Shown: positions 11,484 through 22,489, counted from the stretch's first letter. The stretch: DNA of 64,000 nucleotides from an uncultured Candidatus Rokubacteria bacterium (GCA_963754315.1 CAVWFS010000019.1:64001-128000); one strand, 5' to 3'. The notes: a model not told the origin generated them from the sequence alone. Translations and numbers: made by a program.

Positions 11484-12791
11484 ATGCGTGAGGTCCGCCT
11501 AGGGCTCCTCGGGCTCGGTACAGTCGGTGCCGGCGTAGTCAAGCTCCTCCTGGCCCAGCGTGTCTCTCTCGAGGAGCGCGCGGGGTGCCGGCTCACTCTG
11601 AGCCGCATCGCGGACGTCGACCTGACTCGCCCGCGGGAGGGGCTCGATCTGGCCAGCCTTCCCCTCGCCTCCGACGCCGGCGCCGTGCTCGACGATCCCG
11701 AGGTCGACATCGTCATCGAGCTGGTGGGAGGGCTCGAGCCGGCACGCTCGTTGATCGTGAGGGCCATGGCATCCGGCAAGCACGTGGTGACCGCCAACAA
11801 GGCCCTGCTCGCCCATCACGGCGTCCAACTCTACGACGAGGCCCGCCGACACGGCGTGACCCTAGCCTTCGAGGCGGCCGTGGCAGGCGGGATCCCGCTC
11901 ATCCGAGCCGTGAAGGAAGGCCTGGTCGCCAACCGCATCCTGGCCGTCGCCGGTATCGTGAACGGCACCTGCAACTACGTGCTTTCTAAGATGGCGGACG
12001 AGGGGCTCGATTTCTCGGTCGTGCTGAAGGAGGCGCAGGCCCGAGGTTATGCGGAGGCCGATCCCACGCTCGATGTCGACGGACACGATTCCGCGCACAA
12101 GCTGCAGATCCTCGTCTCGCTGGCCTTCCGTACTTTCGTCGACCTGAAGGATATCTACACGGAGGGCATCACCAAGGTCACCGATGCGGACATCGCCTAT
12201 GCGCGCGAACTAGGTTACACGATCAAGCTGCTCGCCATCGCCAAGGCCGTGGACGGCGGCGTCGAGGCACGGGTCCACCCGACCATGATCCCGGCGGCCT
12301 CCCCTCTGGCCGCGGTGTCAGGCGTGTTCAATGCTGTCTTCATCACGGGTGATGCTGTGGGCGATCTCATGTTTTATGGGCGTGGCGCGGGACAGCTTCC
12401 GACGGCCTCGGCCATTTGGTCGGACACCCTCGAGATCGCTCGCCGGATCGCGCACGGTATTCCCGCGCTCGCTCTTGAGCTGCCGACGGCGGGGACGGTC
12501 GCTCTGCCGCTGAGGCCGATGTCAAGCGTCCGCAGCGGCTACTACCTTCGCGTCATGGCGCAGGACCGCCCTGGAGTGCTTTCACGTATCACCGGAATCC
12601 TCGGTGATCACAGCATCTCGATCGCCTCCATGATTCAAAAGGGACGAGGCCCCGCCGAAGCGGTACCGGTGGTGATGATGACTCACGAGGCCACCGAGCG
12701 CGATATCCGGGCCGCCCTCACCGAGATCGACCGGCTGGCGGTGGTGGCGTTTCCCACCACGCTCATCCGGGTGGAGGGCGGCCCGGGATGA
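11484..12791 (+). CDS. hom: Homoserine dehydrogenase
   Basis: GLGTVG, VTANKAL, EAAVAGGIP, NGTCNY, GYAEADP, C-terminal ACT domain. Confidence 0.96.
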   Translation: MREVRLGLLGLGTVGAGVVKLLLAQRVSLEERAGCRLTLSRIADVDLTRPREGLDLASLPLASDAGAVLDDPEVDIVIELVGGLEPARSLIVRAMASGKHVVTANKALLAHHGVQLYDEARRHGVTLAFEAAVAGGIPLIRAVKEGLVANRILAVAGIVNGTCNYVLSKMADEGLDFSVVLKEAQARGYAEADPTLDVDGHDSAHKLQILVSLAFRTFVDLKDIYTEGITKVTDADIAYARELGYTIKLLAIAKAVDGGVEARVHPTMIPAASPLAAVSGVFNAVFITGDAVGDLMFYGRGAGQLPTASAIWSDTLEIARRIAHGIPALALELPTAGTVALPLRPMSSVRSGYYLRVMAQDRPGVLSRITGILGDHSISIASMIQKGRGPAEAVPVVMMTHEATERDIRAALTEIDRLAVVAFPTTLIRVEGGPG

Positions 12792-13821
12792 AGCTTCTCG
12801 CGCTGCTGCTCGGTCCCTGAAGCGCCTCAAGATCCTCGTCGGCGGCGCGGTCAGCGTCGCCCTGCTCGTCTATCTGTTCGCGACCATTGATCTCAGCGCT
12901 CTCGCCCAACAGCTGCACCGCACGAAGTGGGGCTGGGTGGCGGCGGCAGCGGCTCTGAGCCTGCTCGCCATCTGGGCGCGCGCGATCCGTTGGCGCTATC
13001 TCTTTCCGCCGCGCTCCGATCCGCCAGGCCTCGTCGCTGCCATCATGATCGGCTATATGATCAACAACGTGCTTCCCCTGCGCGCGGGGGAATTCGCCCG
13101 GGTATACGTGGTCGCCCACCGGTGGGGGCACGGCTTCTGGACGACCTTGGGCACGGTCGTCGTCGAGAGGGTCCTGGACGGCATGACCGTGGTCCTCATG
13201 CTAGGAATCCTGGTCTTCCTCATCCCGGTTCCCGCGTTGATGCAGTGGGGAGCGTTCGTCATGCTGGCTGTCAACCTGGTGGCCGTAGCCATCCTTGCCG
13301 GAATGGCCTGGCGCCCGGCTCTCACCCACACCGCCGCGCGCAGGATTCTTCGGCGCTGGCCGCGTTTGCAGGGCCTCGTGACCCGCGCCTTTGACCGGTT
13401 CGCTCGAGGTCTGGAGGGCGTGCGCTCGGCCTCTCACATCCTACCGCTGCTGGTCTGGACGGTGGCCGCGTGGGGGATCCCGGCCCTCGAGGCGTGGATG
13501 GTGCTCCGGGCATTCGACCTTTCACTGTCCTGGGTGGCGCCCTGGGTGGTGCTGGCATTCGTGGGAATCAGCGTCTCGATTCCCGCCGCCCCGGGATTCA
13601 TCGGTGTGTTTCACGCGGCAACGGCGGTGGCGCTGAGCCTCTTCGGGGTAGCGCGGTCCGAGGCTGTCGGCTACGCGCTCATCCTGCACGCTGCGCAGTT
13701 CGTACCCGTGACCCTTGTTGGCTGGCTGCTCCTCCTGCGCGAACAGGTAAGCCTCACCGAGGTCGCACAAGTCAAAGCGGACCCCCAGGGGAAGTCGGTC
13801 GAGCACGAGACCGCTCGCTAG
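12788..13821 (+). CDS. Lysylphosphatidylglycerol synthase TM-domain/flippase-like protein (UPF0104); start uncertain
   Basis: RAIRW, NNVLPLRAGE, ERVLD, PAAPGFIG; the frame extends upstream of 12937 (LKRLKILVGG); ATG at 12788 is out of frame (possible indel). Confidence 0.8.
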
Positions 13822-13869
13822 GCGCTCCCTGTACTAATCCTGAATAGCCGGGGTTCTATACTGGCTGCC

Positions 13870-14619
13870 ATGAAGCTTGCCGACCACTTCACCGAGACAG
13901 GGGCGTTCTTCTTCCGGTGGCGGAGCTTCCTGCCGCTCCTGCTGGTGCCGGCCTTCGTAGCCAGCTTCTTTGGCCCGCGGATCTTGTTTGGCGACCCCGC
14001 GCTCACCCTGGCCTGGCAGATCGGATGCTTCCTCGTCGCGACGCTCGGCGTAGGCGTTCGCTTGCTGGTTATCGGAACTTCGCCTCGGGGAACGTCCGGC
14101 CGAAACACTCGCGAGCAAAAAGCGGATGTCCTGAACACGACCGGGCCCTACTCGCTTGTGCGGCATCCACTCTACGTCGGCAACTATCTCATCGCCCTTG
14201 GTCTCTCCGGCTTCCCGCGGACGTGGTTTCTCCCGATCATCGTCACCCTGGCTGCGCTGCTCTACTACGAGCGGATCGCGGCCCGGGAAGAGCAATACCT
14301 GGAAGAGAAGTTCGGTGAGGCGTTCGCGCGCTGGGCCAGGGAGACGCCCGCCGTGCTGCCGACCTTCGCGCACTACCGCCCGCCCCTCATCCCTTTTCGC
14401 TGGCGGGTGGCCCTGGCCCGGGAATTCTATGCGATCTTCGTGGTCACTGCCGCCTTCTTCGCCCTCGACGCGCTCGACACCCACGTGGCTTCGGGTTGGC
14501 CCCGCCCGCACCTGCTATGGACCGTCATCTTCCTCACCGGAGCCCTCTTCTTCGTGGTGATGCGCACCTTGAAGAAGCGTGGCCGTTTGGCGCGACGGCC
14601 AGAGGTCCCCGTCCGCTGA
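13870..14619 (+). CDS. ICMT-family membrane methyltransferase, LmtA-like (lipid A 1-phosphate O-methyltransferase)
   Basis: FFRWRSFLP, GTSGRNTREQKADVLNTTGPYSLVRHPLYVGN, YYERI, EEQYLEEKFG. Confidence 0.75.
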   Translation: MKLADHFTETGAFFFRWRSFLPLLLVPAFVASFFGPRILFGDPALTLAWQIGCFLVATLGVGVRLLVIGTSPRGTSGRNTREQKADVLNTTGPYSLVRHPLYVGNYLIALGLSGFPRTWFLPIIVTLAALLYYERIAAREEQYLEEKFGEAFARWARETPAVLPTFAHYRPPLIPFRWRVALAREFYAIFVVTAAFFALDALDTHVASGWPRPHLLWTVIFLTGALFFVVMRTLKKRGRLARRPEVPVR

Positions 14620-14702
14620 GCAACCTGTTCCGGTCGTAGGTGAATCGACGAACGTGGGCATCCTTGCCAGCGCTCACGGGCGTCGTGTAGGCTGCCACCA
14701 TC

Positions 14703-15950
14703 ATGGCCCTGATCGTGCAGAAATACGGGGGGTCGTCGGTCGCCGATCCCGAGAAGATCATGAACGTCGCTCGACGGGTGGCCGCCAGCGCCAGCGGCGA
14801 GGGTCACGGCAGCGGCCATCAGATGGTCGTCGTGGTTTCGGCCATGGGTAAGACCACCGACGGCCTGGTGGAATTGGCGCAACGGATCACTCCGGCCCCG
14901 GAACCACGCGAGATGGATATGCTGCTCGCCACCGGCGAGCAGGTCACCATCGCCCTCTTGGCGATGGCTCTTCACGCCCTCGGCTTCAAGGCTCGTTCGT
15001 TCACCGGTCCCCAGGTCGGTATGGTGACGGACCGCGCCCACACCAAGGCCCGCATCACGAGGATCAGAGGCGATCGCGTACGCCGCGCGCTCGATGACGG
15101 TGAGATCGCGGTGGTGGCCGGCTTTCAGGGCCTCTCCGACGAGGACGAGGTCACCACCCTCGGCCGTGGCGGGTCGGATCTCACGGCGGTGGCGCTGGCG
15201 GCCGCACTGAGGGCCGACGTGTGCGAGATCTACACCGACGTGGACGGTGTATACACCGCCGACCCCAACGTCGTTCCCGACGCCCGCAAGCTCGCCCGGG
15301 TGGCGTACGACGAGATGCTGGAGATGGCGAGCCTAGGCGCCAAGGTGCTGCAGGCGCGCTCCGTGGAGTTCGCCAAGAAGTACGCGGTGCCCGTGCACGT
15401 ACGCTCGACCTTCAAGCCGGAAGGTGGCACCCTCGTCGCCACGGAGGAGACGAGCATGGAAGCGGCGGTGGTCACCGGTATCACTCACGATCGCAGCCAG
15501 GCCAAGATCTCGATCCTGCGCGTACCCGACCGGCCGGGCATCGCCGCCCGTGTTTTCGGGGCTGTGGCCGAGCGCAGCATCGTGGTCGACATGATCGTGC
15601 AGAACATCAGCCGCGATGGTTTCACCGATATCTCCTTCACCTTGCCCCGCGGCGACCACGCGCGGGCCGCCACCGCCCTCGAGGAGATCGCGCGCGAGGT
15701 AGGAGCCCTGGGCATCGTTCACGACGAACGAGTGGCCAAGGTATCGATCGTGGGGGTGGGCATGCGTAGCCACTCCGGCGTGGCTGCTCGCATGTTCGCC
15801 GCTCTCTCCCAGGAAGCTATCAACATCCAGATGATCTCTACCTCCGAGATCGCGGTGTCCTGTGTGATCGAGGACAAGTACGCGGAGCTAGCCGTGCGCG
15901 CCCTGCACGATGCCTTCGAGCTCGCCCGCGAGCCAGTGAGCCCCGCATGA
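14703..15950 (+). CDS. lysC: Aspartate kinase
   Basis: [27 protein letters not shown], two ACT domains, ISTSEI. Confidence 0.96.
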   Translation: MALIVQKYGGSSVADPEKIMNVARRVAASASGEGHGSGHQMVVVVSAMGKTTDGLVELAQRITPAPEPREMDMLLATGEQVTIALLAMALHALGFKARSFTGPQVGMVTDRAHTKARITRIRGDRVRRALDDGEIAVVAGFQGLSDEDEVTTLGRGGSDLTAVALAAALRADVCEIYTDVDGVYTADPNVVPDARKLARVAYDEMLEMASLGAKVLQARSVEFAKKYAVPVHVRSTFKPEGGTLVATEETSMEAAVVTGITHDRSQAKISILRVPDRPGIAARVFGAVAERSIVVDMIVQNISRDGFTDISFTLPRGDHARAATALEEIAREVGALGIVHDERVAKVSIVGVGMRSHSGVAARMFAALSQEAINIQMISTSEIAVSCVIEDKYAELAVRALHDAFELAREPVSPA

Positions 15951-17131
15951 GCACAGGCCGGGCTGCCGTCTTCTTCGGCCCTGGTAAGCCGTTCGAGATC
16001 CGCGACGTGCCCCTGCCGGAGGTGGAGCCGGACGCCGTCCTCATTCGTGTATCCCTTGCCAACGTCTGTGGATCCGATCTGCACTTCTGGCGTGGCGACG
16101 CCCCGCTACGCCTCCCGGAGGACGGGTGGATCTATGGCCATGAAATGATGGGACGAGTGGCCCGCCTCGGTGCTCGCATCAAGACGGACTCACTCGGCCG
16201 CCCGCTCAAGGAGGGCGACCGTGTCGCCTACACCTACTTCTATCCGTGCGGTCGCTGCTACGCGTGCCTGAACAAGGAGCCGGCCAACTGTCCGGCCAAG
16301 ATCGAGCGGCCCCGTGGGCCCTCGGAGTTCCCACACTTCCACGGCGCTTTTGCGGAGTACTACTACTTACGGCCGGGGGGCGCGCTGTTCCTCGTTCCCG
16401 ACTCGCTCGCAGACGAGTTGGTCGCGCCCGTGAACTGCGCGCTCTCGCAGGTGATCTTCGGGCTCCATCAGGCAGGCCTACGCTTTGGAGGCCACATCGT
16501 CATTCAGGGCGCGGGTGGGCTTGGCATCCAGGCGGCGGCAGTGGCCAAGGACATGGGCGCCCAGACGGTAATCGTCATCGACCAGATCCCGGGCCGCCTC
16601 GAGCTGGCACGTGCCTTTGGCGCCGACTACACCATCAACGTCCGCGACGTCGCCGACAGGAGGGAGCGCGTGAATCTCGTGCGCGCGCAGACAGGCGGCG
16701 TCGGCGCCGATGTGGCCTGCGACTTCGTGGGCTTTCCGTCAGTGATTGCAGAGGGCATCGAGATGCTGCGGCCTGGAGGCACCTACCTCGAGATCGGGAC
16801 CATTAGTCGAGGCGCGAAGATGGAGTTCGAGCCGGCCCAGCTCGTGTGGGGCGGCAAGAAGATCGTCGGCGTGATCATGTACGATGCCTGGGTCATTCCC
16901 CGCGCTCTCGACTTTCTCGTCCGCAATCGGACGCGCTGGCCGTTCGAGCGTCTGTTATCCCACCGGTATCCTCTCGAGCAGATCGACAGGGCGTTCAACG
17001 AGAGCGAGTGGCACGCGCGCGAAACCACGACGATCACCCGGGCGGCCATTATCATGGGGGGCCCCGATATGGCCCCCCATACCCCCCAAGCGCTCGGGAC
17101 TCCCCGGGATACCCGGGGCGCCCCTCGTTAA
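15947..17131 (+). CDS. Zinc-binding alcohol dehydrogenase family protein with a repeat-derived C-terminal tail
   Basis: CGSD, GHE, CGRCYAC, GAGGLG; last 25 aa encoded by the palindromic element. Confidence 0.9.
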   Translation: MSTGRAAVFFGPGKPFEIRDVPLPEVEPDAVLIRVSLANVCGSDLHFWRGDAPLRLPEDGWIYGHEMMGRVARLGARIKTDSLGRPLKEGDRVAYTYFYPCGRCYACLNKEPANCPAKIERPRGPSEFPHFHGAFAEYYYLRPGGALFLVPDSLADELVAPVNCALSQVIFGLHQAGLRFGGHIVIQGAGGLGIQAAAVAKDMGAQTVIVIDQIPGRLELARAFGADYTINVRDVADRRERVNLVRAQTGGVGADVACDFVGFPSVIAEGIEMLRPGGTYLEIGTISRGAKMEFEPAQLVWGGKKIVGVIMYDAWVIPRALDFLVRNRTRWPFERLLSHRYPLEQIDRAFNESEWHARETTTITRAAIIMGGPDMAPHTPQALGTPRDTRGAPR

Positions 17132-17260
17132 TCCGCGGCGGTGGGGCGGCGCCTAGCGCGCACCATAGTCGCCCCACGCGCGCGGCGACCCCCCGGGATA
17201 CCCGGGGCGCCCCTCGTTAACCCGCGGCGGTGGGGCGGCGCCACCATAGTCGCCCCGATG
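17054..17260. repeat. Palindromic element copy plus partial tandem duplicate (period about 89 bp)
   Basis: ATGGGGGGCCCCGATATGGCCCCCCAT head; CCCCGGGATACCCGGGGCGCCCCTCGTTAA occurs twice; same family as 939-1311. Confidence 0.9.
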
Positions 17261-17334
17261 TCGCCCCAAGCGCGTCGGGGTGTATCGATTCTTCGACTCT
17301 AGCTCGGGTGCAGTTGGCGTGGCACGGTCGCAAG

Positions 17335-17766
17335 GTGGTCCTTTATTCGAGGCGACAGCTCGTAGTCCTGCTGGCTCTGGTGGCCACGTTTGGAGGAGGG
17401 CTGGCCGTCGAGCGGTGGCGTCGTGCCCACCCTGAGACCGTCGAGCGCCTCGAGCGCTTCGACCGCACAGGGACGGAAGACATTACCGCGAGCCCGGACG
17501 GGCGCCAGGGCCGTACTTCCCCACGTCCCCCGAAGCTCCGGGCCGACGAGAGCTCGACGAGCAGCAGCCTTCCGATCGATCTCAACCGGGCAACCCTCGA
17601 GGAGTTGACTCGCCTGCCCGGCATCGGACGCGAGCTGGCGACACGGATCATCGAAGCGCGCAACCTGGAGGCCTTCGCGTCCGTCGAGGATCTTCGGCGA
17701 GTGCGGGGCCTCGGTGAATCGAAGCTCGAGCGCATGCGACCATTCGTGACCATCGGTGACCCGTAA
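17335..17766 (+). CDS. comEA: ComEA-family DNA-binding competence protein
   Basis: TM followed by HhH motifs IDLNRAT, LPGIG, VRGLG; start approximate. Confidence 0.88.
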   Translation: MVLYSRRQLVVLLALVATFGGGLAVERWRRAHPETVERLERFDRTGTEDITASPDGRQGRTSPRPPKLRADESSTSSSLPIDLNRATLEELTRLPGIGRELATRIIEARNLEAFASVEDLRRVRGLGESKLERMRPFVTIGDP

Positions 17767-20044
17767 GCCACCTATGTGGCTCGCGCTCCCCCTGGCTCCA
17801 TTGGCTCTGGCCCTGGCTGCGGGAATTGCCCTTGCCCCGATCACGCCAGTGTGGATCGCCTGGTGCGGGTGGGGGCTTGGTACGGTCGTTGCGGCTCTCA
17901 CGACCTCTAGTCGGTGGGGAGGGGCTGTCGTGCCCATGCTTCTCGCCGTAGCCTCTCTGGGTGTGGTGCACGGAAGGACGCCCCCCCTATCTGCCGACCA
18001 CGTTGCAAACCTGGAGCTGCCGACAACCGGGCTGATCGAGGGACGGCTTGCTGCCGAACCCATCCGGGGGGATCCCGATCGAACGCGTCTGCTCATCGAT
18101 ACAGAACGCGTCGACGGTCGCTCCGTATCGGGTCGTGTCCAGACCACGATCTATGGGGAAACGCCTTCGCTGACCACGGGCCAGCGGCTGGCTGTCGAGC
18201 TACGTTTACGGGAGGCCTCAGGGTTTCGCAACCCCGGGGTCTTCGATTACGCGGCGTATCTCGGCCGCGAAGGGATCTACGTGGTCGCCAGCGGACGGGC
18301 AGATCGGTTGATGCCGCTCGATGAGCCCCTACCATCTTGGCCACTCCGGATCAGGCGCCGCGCTGTGGAGATCATGCAGGAATCGCTCCCACCTACATCG
18401 GCCGCCCTCCTCGGTGGACTCCTCCTCGGCGACCGCACACCCCTCCCACATGACCTTGATGAGGCCTTTCGCCGGGCCGGGGTCTACCATGTCCTGGCCG
18501 TCTCCGGGTTCAATGTTGCCCTCCTGGCCTCCGCCGTGTTCGCGCTCTTGGTATTGGCGCGCGCCGACCGGCGATTGGCGGCGACAGTGGCCATGGTCGC
18601 GGTCGTCGTCTTCGCGATCGTGGTCGGACCTGAACCTTCAGTACTGCGAGCTGCCCTCATGGGGGTACTCGTCCTGGGAGCCATCCTTCTCGATCGCGAG
18701 TCCTCGGTCCTGAACAGTCTTTCCTTGGCGGCGATAATTATTCTTGCCCTTCGCCCAGGCGATCTTCGCGATCCAGGCTTCCAGCTGTCGTTCGCCGCCA
18801 CCGGCGGAATCGTTTTAGCCCCTCTCGCCCGAGGCGTCGTCCGCGGGGCTCTTGGCGTCAGCGCAGCGGCCCAGCTCGCCGTGCTTCCCATCACCCTCGC
18901 GCACTTCAATCAGGTGTCCACGATCGGACTGATCGCGAATCTCGTTGTCGTGCCTCTATCCGCGCTGGCCACCGTGCTCGGCCTCGCCGGCGTGTGTCTC
19001 GGAGCAGTACTGGGGCCTGCCGGAGCTTTTCTGCTCAACGCGGCGTGGCCAGTGCTCATCGCGTTGCGGGCCGCAGTGCTCGCGGCGGCCTCTGTACCCG
19101 CATCGGTCGTCCACCTGCCGGCGCCGCACTGGACGGGAGTGGCTATGTATGCGGGCGGCATCGGGCTGGCACTCGTGGCCTGGAGGCGACGCCAACGGTC
19201 GGAAGGGGGTGCTCGTGCGTTCGCGATCGTCGCCGGTAGCCTTCTCATCGTCGCCGCCATCATCGAAGCCTGGCCCCTCGTTCGACCGGCCGACGGACGG
19301 CTTCGCATCAGCGTTCTCGACGTTGGCCAGGGGGACGCGATGGTGGTGGAGTTGCCCGACGGGCGCGCAATACTGATCGATGCGGGGCCTGGTGGCCCCT
19401 ACCGCCTCGACGTCGGGCAGCGGGTGATCGCGCCGTTTCTTTGGAATCGAGGCCATCTCTCACTGGTGGGGGCCGTGCTCACGCACACCGACGTCGATCA
19501 CGCTGGCGGGATGGGCGCCATCCGTCGTCTCTTCCGCATCGCGGAGCCAGGGTCTGTCGACGCGGTCGTGGCCGGTGCCCGGCGAGCGGGAGTCAAGGTC
19601 ATGGTGTTGAGGGGGGCGGCCGGTCACGGGGACGGGAGCCCCAACGACACCGCCCTCGTCCTCCGATTCGAGTTCGGGCAGGCGACCTTCCTCCTGGCCT
19701 CGGACATCACGGCGCGCGCCGAAGGGGAGCTTCTGCGTCAAGCCGAGCGGCTGGACGCGGCCGTCCTCAAGGTCGCCCACCATGGCTCACGCGGGTCCAC
19801 CACATCAGAGTTCCTGCGTGCCGTGCACCCGACGGTCGCAGTCATCTCCGTAGGTCAGCGCAACCCCTACGGCCATCCCAGCCCCGAGACCATCGGCCGC
19901 CTCGGCGAGGCTGAGGCCACCATCTATCGCACCGATCAGGACGGCGCGGTCATGCTGGAGACAGACGGCCGCTCGCTCACGGTGACGACGTGGGCGTCAC
20001 GACGCCACGACCACTACTGCCTCGACCAGGGAGCGATCTGCTAG
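17756..20044 (+). CDS. comEC: DNA internalization competence protein ComEC/Rec2
   Basis: NPGVFDY, HVLAVSGFN, PSVLRA, GFQLSF, DVGQGD, THTDVDHAGG, KVAHHGS, YGHP. Confidence 0.95.
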   Translation: MTRKPPMWLALPLAPLALALAAGIALAPITPVWIAWCGWGLGTVVAALTTSSRWGGAVVPMLLAVASLGVVHGRTPPLSADHVANLELPTTGLIEGRLAAEPIRGDPDRTRLLIDTERVDGRSVSGRVQTTIYGETPSLTTGQRLAVELRLREASGFRNPGVFDYAAYLGREGIYVVASGRADRLMPLDEPLPSWPLRIRRRAVEIMQESLPPTSAALLGGLLLGDRTPLPHDLDEAFRRAGVYHVLAVSGFNVALLASAVFALLVLARADRRLAATVAMVAVVVFAIVVGPEPSVLRAALMGVLVLGAILLDRESSVLNSLSLAAIIILALRPGDLRDPGFQLSFAATGGIVLAPLARGVVRGALGVSAAAQLAVLPITLAHFNQVSTIGLIANLVVVPLSALATVLGLAGVCLGAVLGPAGAFLLNAAWPVLIALRAAVLAAASVPASVVHLPAPHWTGVAMYAGGIGLALVAWRRRQRSEGGARAFAIVAGSLLIVAAIIEAWPLVRPADGRLRISVLDVGQGDAMVVELPDGRAILIDAGPGGPYRLDVGQRVIAPFLWNRGHLSLVGAVLTHTDVDHAGGMGAIRRLFRIAEPGSVDAVVAGARRAGVKVMVLRGAAGHGDGSPNDTALVLRFEFGQATFLLASDITARAEGELLRQAERLDAAVLKVAHHGSRGSTTSEFLRAVHPTVAVISVGQRNPYGHPSPETIGRLGEAEATIYRTDQDGAVMLETDGRSLTVTTWASRRHDHYCLDQGAIC

Positions 20045-20095
20045 AATTCAGGCACTTCGCGACGACTCGGCTCAGCCCCATGAGGAGACACATCC

Positions 20096-21328
20096 GTGGC
20101 GCGAATCAACGAACAGTACCTGAAACTCCGCAGTAGTTACCTCTTCACCGAGATCGCCCGGCGCGTGAAGACGTTCCAGGAAGCAAACCCTTCGGCCAAG
20201 ATCATCCGCCTCGGCATCGGCGACGTGACCCGGCCCCTCCCGCCCGTCGTCATCCGTGCCCTGCACGAGGCAGTCGATGAGATGGGGCGGGCCGAAACGT
20301 TTCGGGGTTACGGGCCCGAGCCGGGCTACGAGTTCCTCACCGCGCTTATCGCCAAACACGACTACGCCGCGCGGGGCGTGCCGATCGCGCCCGACGAGAT
20401 CTTCGTCAGCGACGGGGCCAAGAGTGACACCGGAAACATTCAAGAAATCTTCGCGGGGGACTCGGTCGTTGCTCTCACTGACCCGGTCTATCCCGTGTAC
20501 GTCGACAGCAACGTGATGGCGGGGCGGGCGGGGGCCGCGGATGCCGAAGGGCGCTACGAAGGTTTCCGGTACCTGCCGTGCACGGCCGAGAACGACTTTC
20601 GACCCCCGCTCCCCACGGAATCCGTGGACCTTGTATACCTCTGTTACCCGAACAATCCGACCGGCGCCGTCATGACCCGGGCCGCGCTCCGGACTTGGGT
20701 GGAGTATGCGCACGAGCACGGCGCCATCCTCCTCTACGACGCCGCCTATGAAGCCTACATTCGCGATCCCGAGATTCCCCACTCCATTTTCGAGATCGAG
20801 GGGGCGCGGCAGGTGGCCATCGAGTTCCGCAGCTTCTCCAAGACGGCCGGCTTCACAGGCACGCGCTGCGCTTTCACGGTCGTGCCCAAGGAGGTCATGG
20901 GGCGCACCGCCCTGGGCGACGCTGTGGAGCTGAACCGCTTGTGGCTGCGCCGCCAAACGACCAAGTTCAATGGGGTTCCCTACATCATCCAGCAGGGCGC
21001 GGCCGCCACCTATACCGAAGAGGGCCAGCGGCAGGTGCGCGCGCTGATCGATTTCTACCTGGAGAACACGCGGATCATCCGGGAGGGGTTGGAGGCGGCC
21101 GGCCTCACCGTCTACGGGGGCCGCAACGCACCCTATATCTGGCTGAAGACCCCGCCCGGGTTCTCCTCCTGGGACTTCTTCGACAAGCTGCTCAACGAAG
21201 CGCACGTCGTAGGAACACCGGGCACGGGCTTCGGACCGAGCGGCGAGGGCTACTTCCGGCTCACGGGCTTCGGCGGCCGCGACCAGACGGAGGAGGCGGT
21301 GGCACGGATCAAGACGCGATTGAAATGA
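20096..21328 (+). CDS. dapL: LL-diaminopimelate aminotransferase
   Basis: [46 protein letters not shown]. Confidence 0.95.
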   Translation: MARINEQYLKLRSSYLFTEIARRVKTFQEANPSAKIIRLGIGDVTRPLPPVVIRALHEAVDEMGRAETFRGYGPEPGYEFLTALIAKHDYAARGVPIAPDEIFVSDGAKSDTGNIQEIFAGDSVVALTDPVYPVYVDSNVMAGRAGAADAEGRYEGFRYLPCTAENDFRPPLPTESVDLVYLCYPNNPTGAVMTRAALRTWVEYAHEHGAILLYDAAYEAYIRDPEIPHSIFEIEGARQVAIEFRSFSKTAGFTGTRCAFTVVPKEVMGRTALGDAVELNRLWLRRQTTKFNGVPYIIQQGAAATYTEEGQRQVRALIDFYLENTRIIREGLEAAGLTVYGGRNAPYIWLKTPPGFSSWDFFDKLLNEAHVVGTPGTGFGPSGEGYFRLTGFGGRDQTEEAVARIKTRLK

Positions 21329-21351
21329 TCGGGCCGCGGACAGGCCCCTGC

Positions 21352-21383
21352 GCTCGGAGCGCCCCGGGGAGGGCGCTCCGAGC
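21352..21383. terminator. 13-bp perfect stem between convergent dapL and rpoA-like genes
   Basis: GCTCGGAGCGCCC-cgggga-GGGCGCTCCGAGC; no strong U tract; resembles the palindromic element. Confidence 0.55.
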
Positions 21384-21399
21384 ACACGTTGCGCGATTC

Positions 21400-22395
21400 C
21401 TAGCTTTCGAAGGACTTTTCGAACTGAGCTCGCAAGCGTTCTAGCTCCTCGGGATCGAGGCGTAGGCCCAGCGCTAACCCCATCTCGCCGAGGATAGTTT
21501 TAATCTCGTTGAGCGATTTCTTGCCGAAGTTCTTGGTCTTGAGCAGCTCCGCCTCCGTCTTCTGCACAAGATCGGCAATCGTCCGGATATTGGCGGTCTT
21601 CAAGCAGTTGGAGGCGCGCACGGACAGTTCCAGTTCGTCTACGTTCCGGAACAGGTTCTCGTTCAATTCGGCGCGCGGACGGGGCTCCTCGCCTGGCTCC
21701 GCGCTCTCCTCGGGAGGGGCCACCTCCGGAAACTCGGTCAGGAGGGCGAAGTGGTCCTCGAGAATGCGTGAGGCCTCGCCCACCGCCACCCCTGGGGTGA
21801 CGGCACCGTTCGTCCACACCTCCAGCAGGAGCCGTTCGCGCCCATCCGCCAAGTCCTCGACGTGCTGGTTCACGCGCGCGATAGGGGAAAAGTCGGCGTC
21901 GAGCAGGATGGCATGGATCGGGAGCGCCTCCGGTTCACGCTTGTCGGCCCCCGCGTAGCCCCGGCCGCGCTCGATGCACACCTCCATCTCCAGCGAGCCG
22001 TCCTTGTCGAGCGTCGCGAGGACGACGTCTCGTGTCAGGATCTCCACGTCGGTGTCGCTCTCGAAGTCGCCAGCCTTCACCACGCCCACCCCCTGCGCCT
22101 TCAGGCGCAGGATCTTCGGACGGTTCACGTGGAGCTTGAACACGACCTTGCGAAGGTTGAGCATGATGTCGAGCGTGTCCTCGGTGACCCCCGGCAGGTG
22201 CGAGAACTCGTGCAGGACATTGGTGATCTTCACCCACGTCGGCGCCGCTCCGTGGATCGCGGACAGCAGGACTCGACGATACGCGTTGCCGACGGTGAGG
22301 GCGAAGCCTGACTCGAACGGCTCAATGGCCAGCTTGCCGTAGGTCGGCTCCTGAATGTGCCATTCGTGATGGGCGGGGAGCTGAAGCTCCAGCAT
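21400..22395 (-). CDS. rpoA: DNA-directed RNA polymerase subunit alpha, divergent stand-alone copy
   Basis: EPFESGFALTVGNAYRRVLLS, LHEFS, GRGY, DADFSP, alpha-CTD ELSVRASNCL and NFGKKSLNEI; ATG at 22395 with AGGGGG RBS. Confidence 0.93.
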   Translation of the reverse strand: MLELQLPAHHEWHIQEPTYGKLAIEPFESGFALTVGNAYRRVLLSAIHGAAPTWVKITNVLHEFSHLPGVTEDTLDIMLNLRKVVFKLHVNRPKILRLKAQGVGVVKAGDFESDTDVEILTRDVVLATLDKDGSLEMEVCIERGRGYAGADKREPEALPIHAILLDADFSPIARVNQHVEDLADGRERLLLEVWTNGAVTPGVAVGEASRILEDHFALLTEFPEVAPPEESAEPGEEPRPRAELNENLFRNVDELELSVRASNCLKTANIRTIADLVQKTEAELLKTKNFGKKSLNEIKTILGEMGLALGLRLDPEELERLRAQFEKSFES

Positions 22396-22489
22396 GACGA
22401 CCCCCTTGAGGAATTGCGGGGCTCCAGCCCCGACCCAGTAGTATATCAAACATGGCACGGAGTCGCACTCCCCTGTAGACTCACAGAAC

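Noticed and set aside
22453..22467. Sigma54 promoter TGGCACGGAGTCGCA upstream of mltG
   Set aside because: The -12 box is imperfect, and a TG-TAGACT -10 box 8 nt before the ATG explains the region at least as well.
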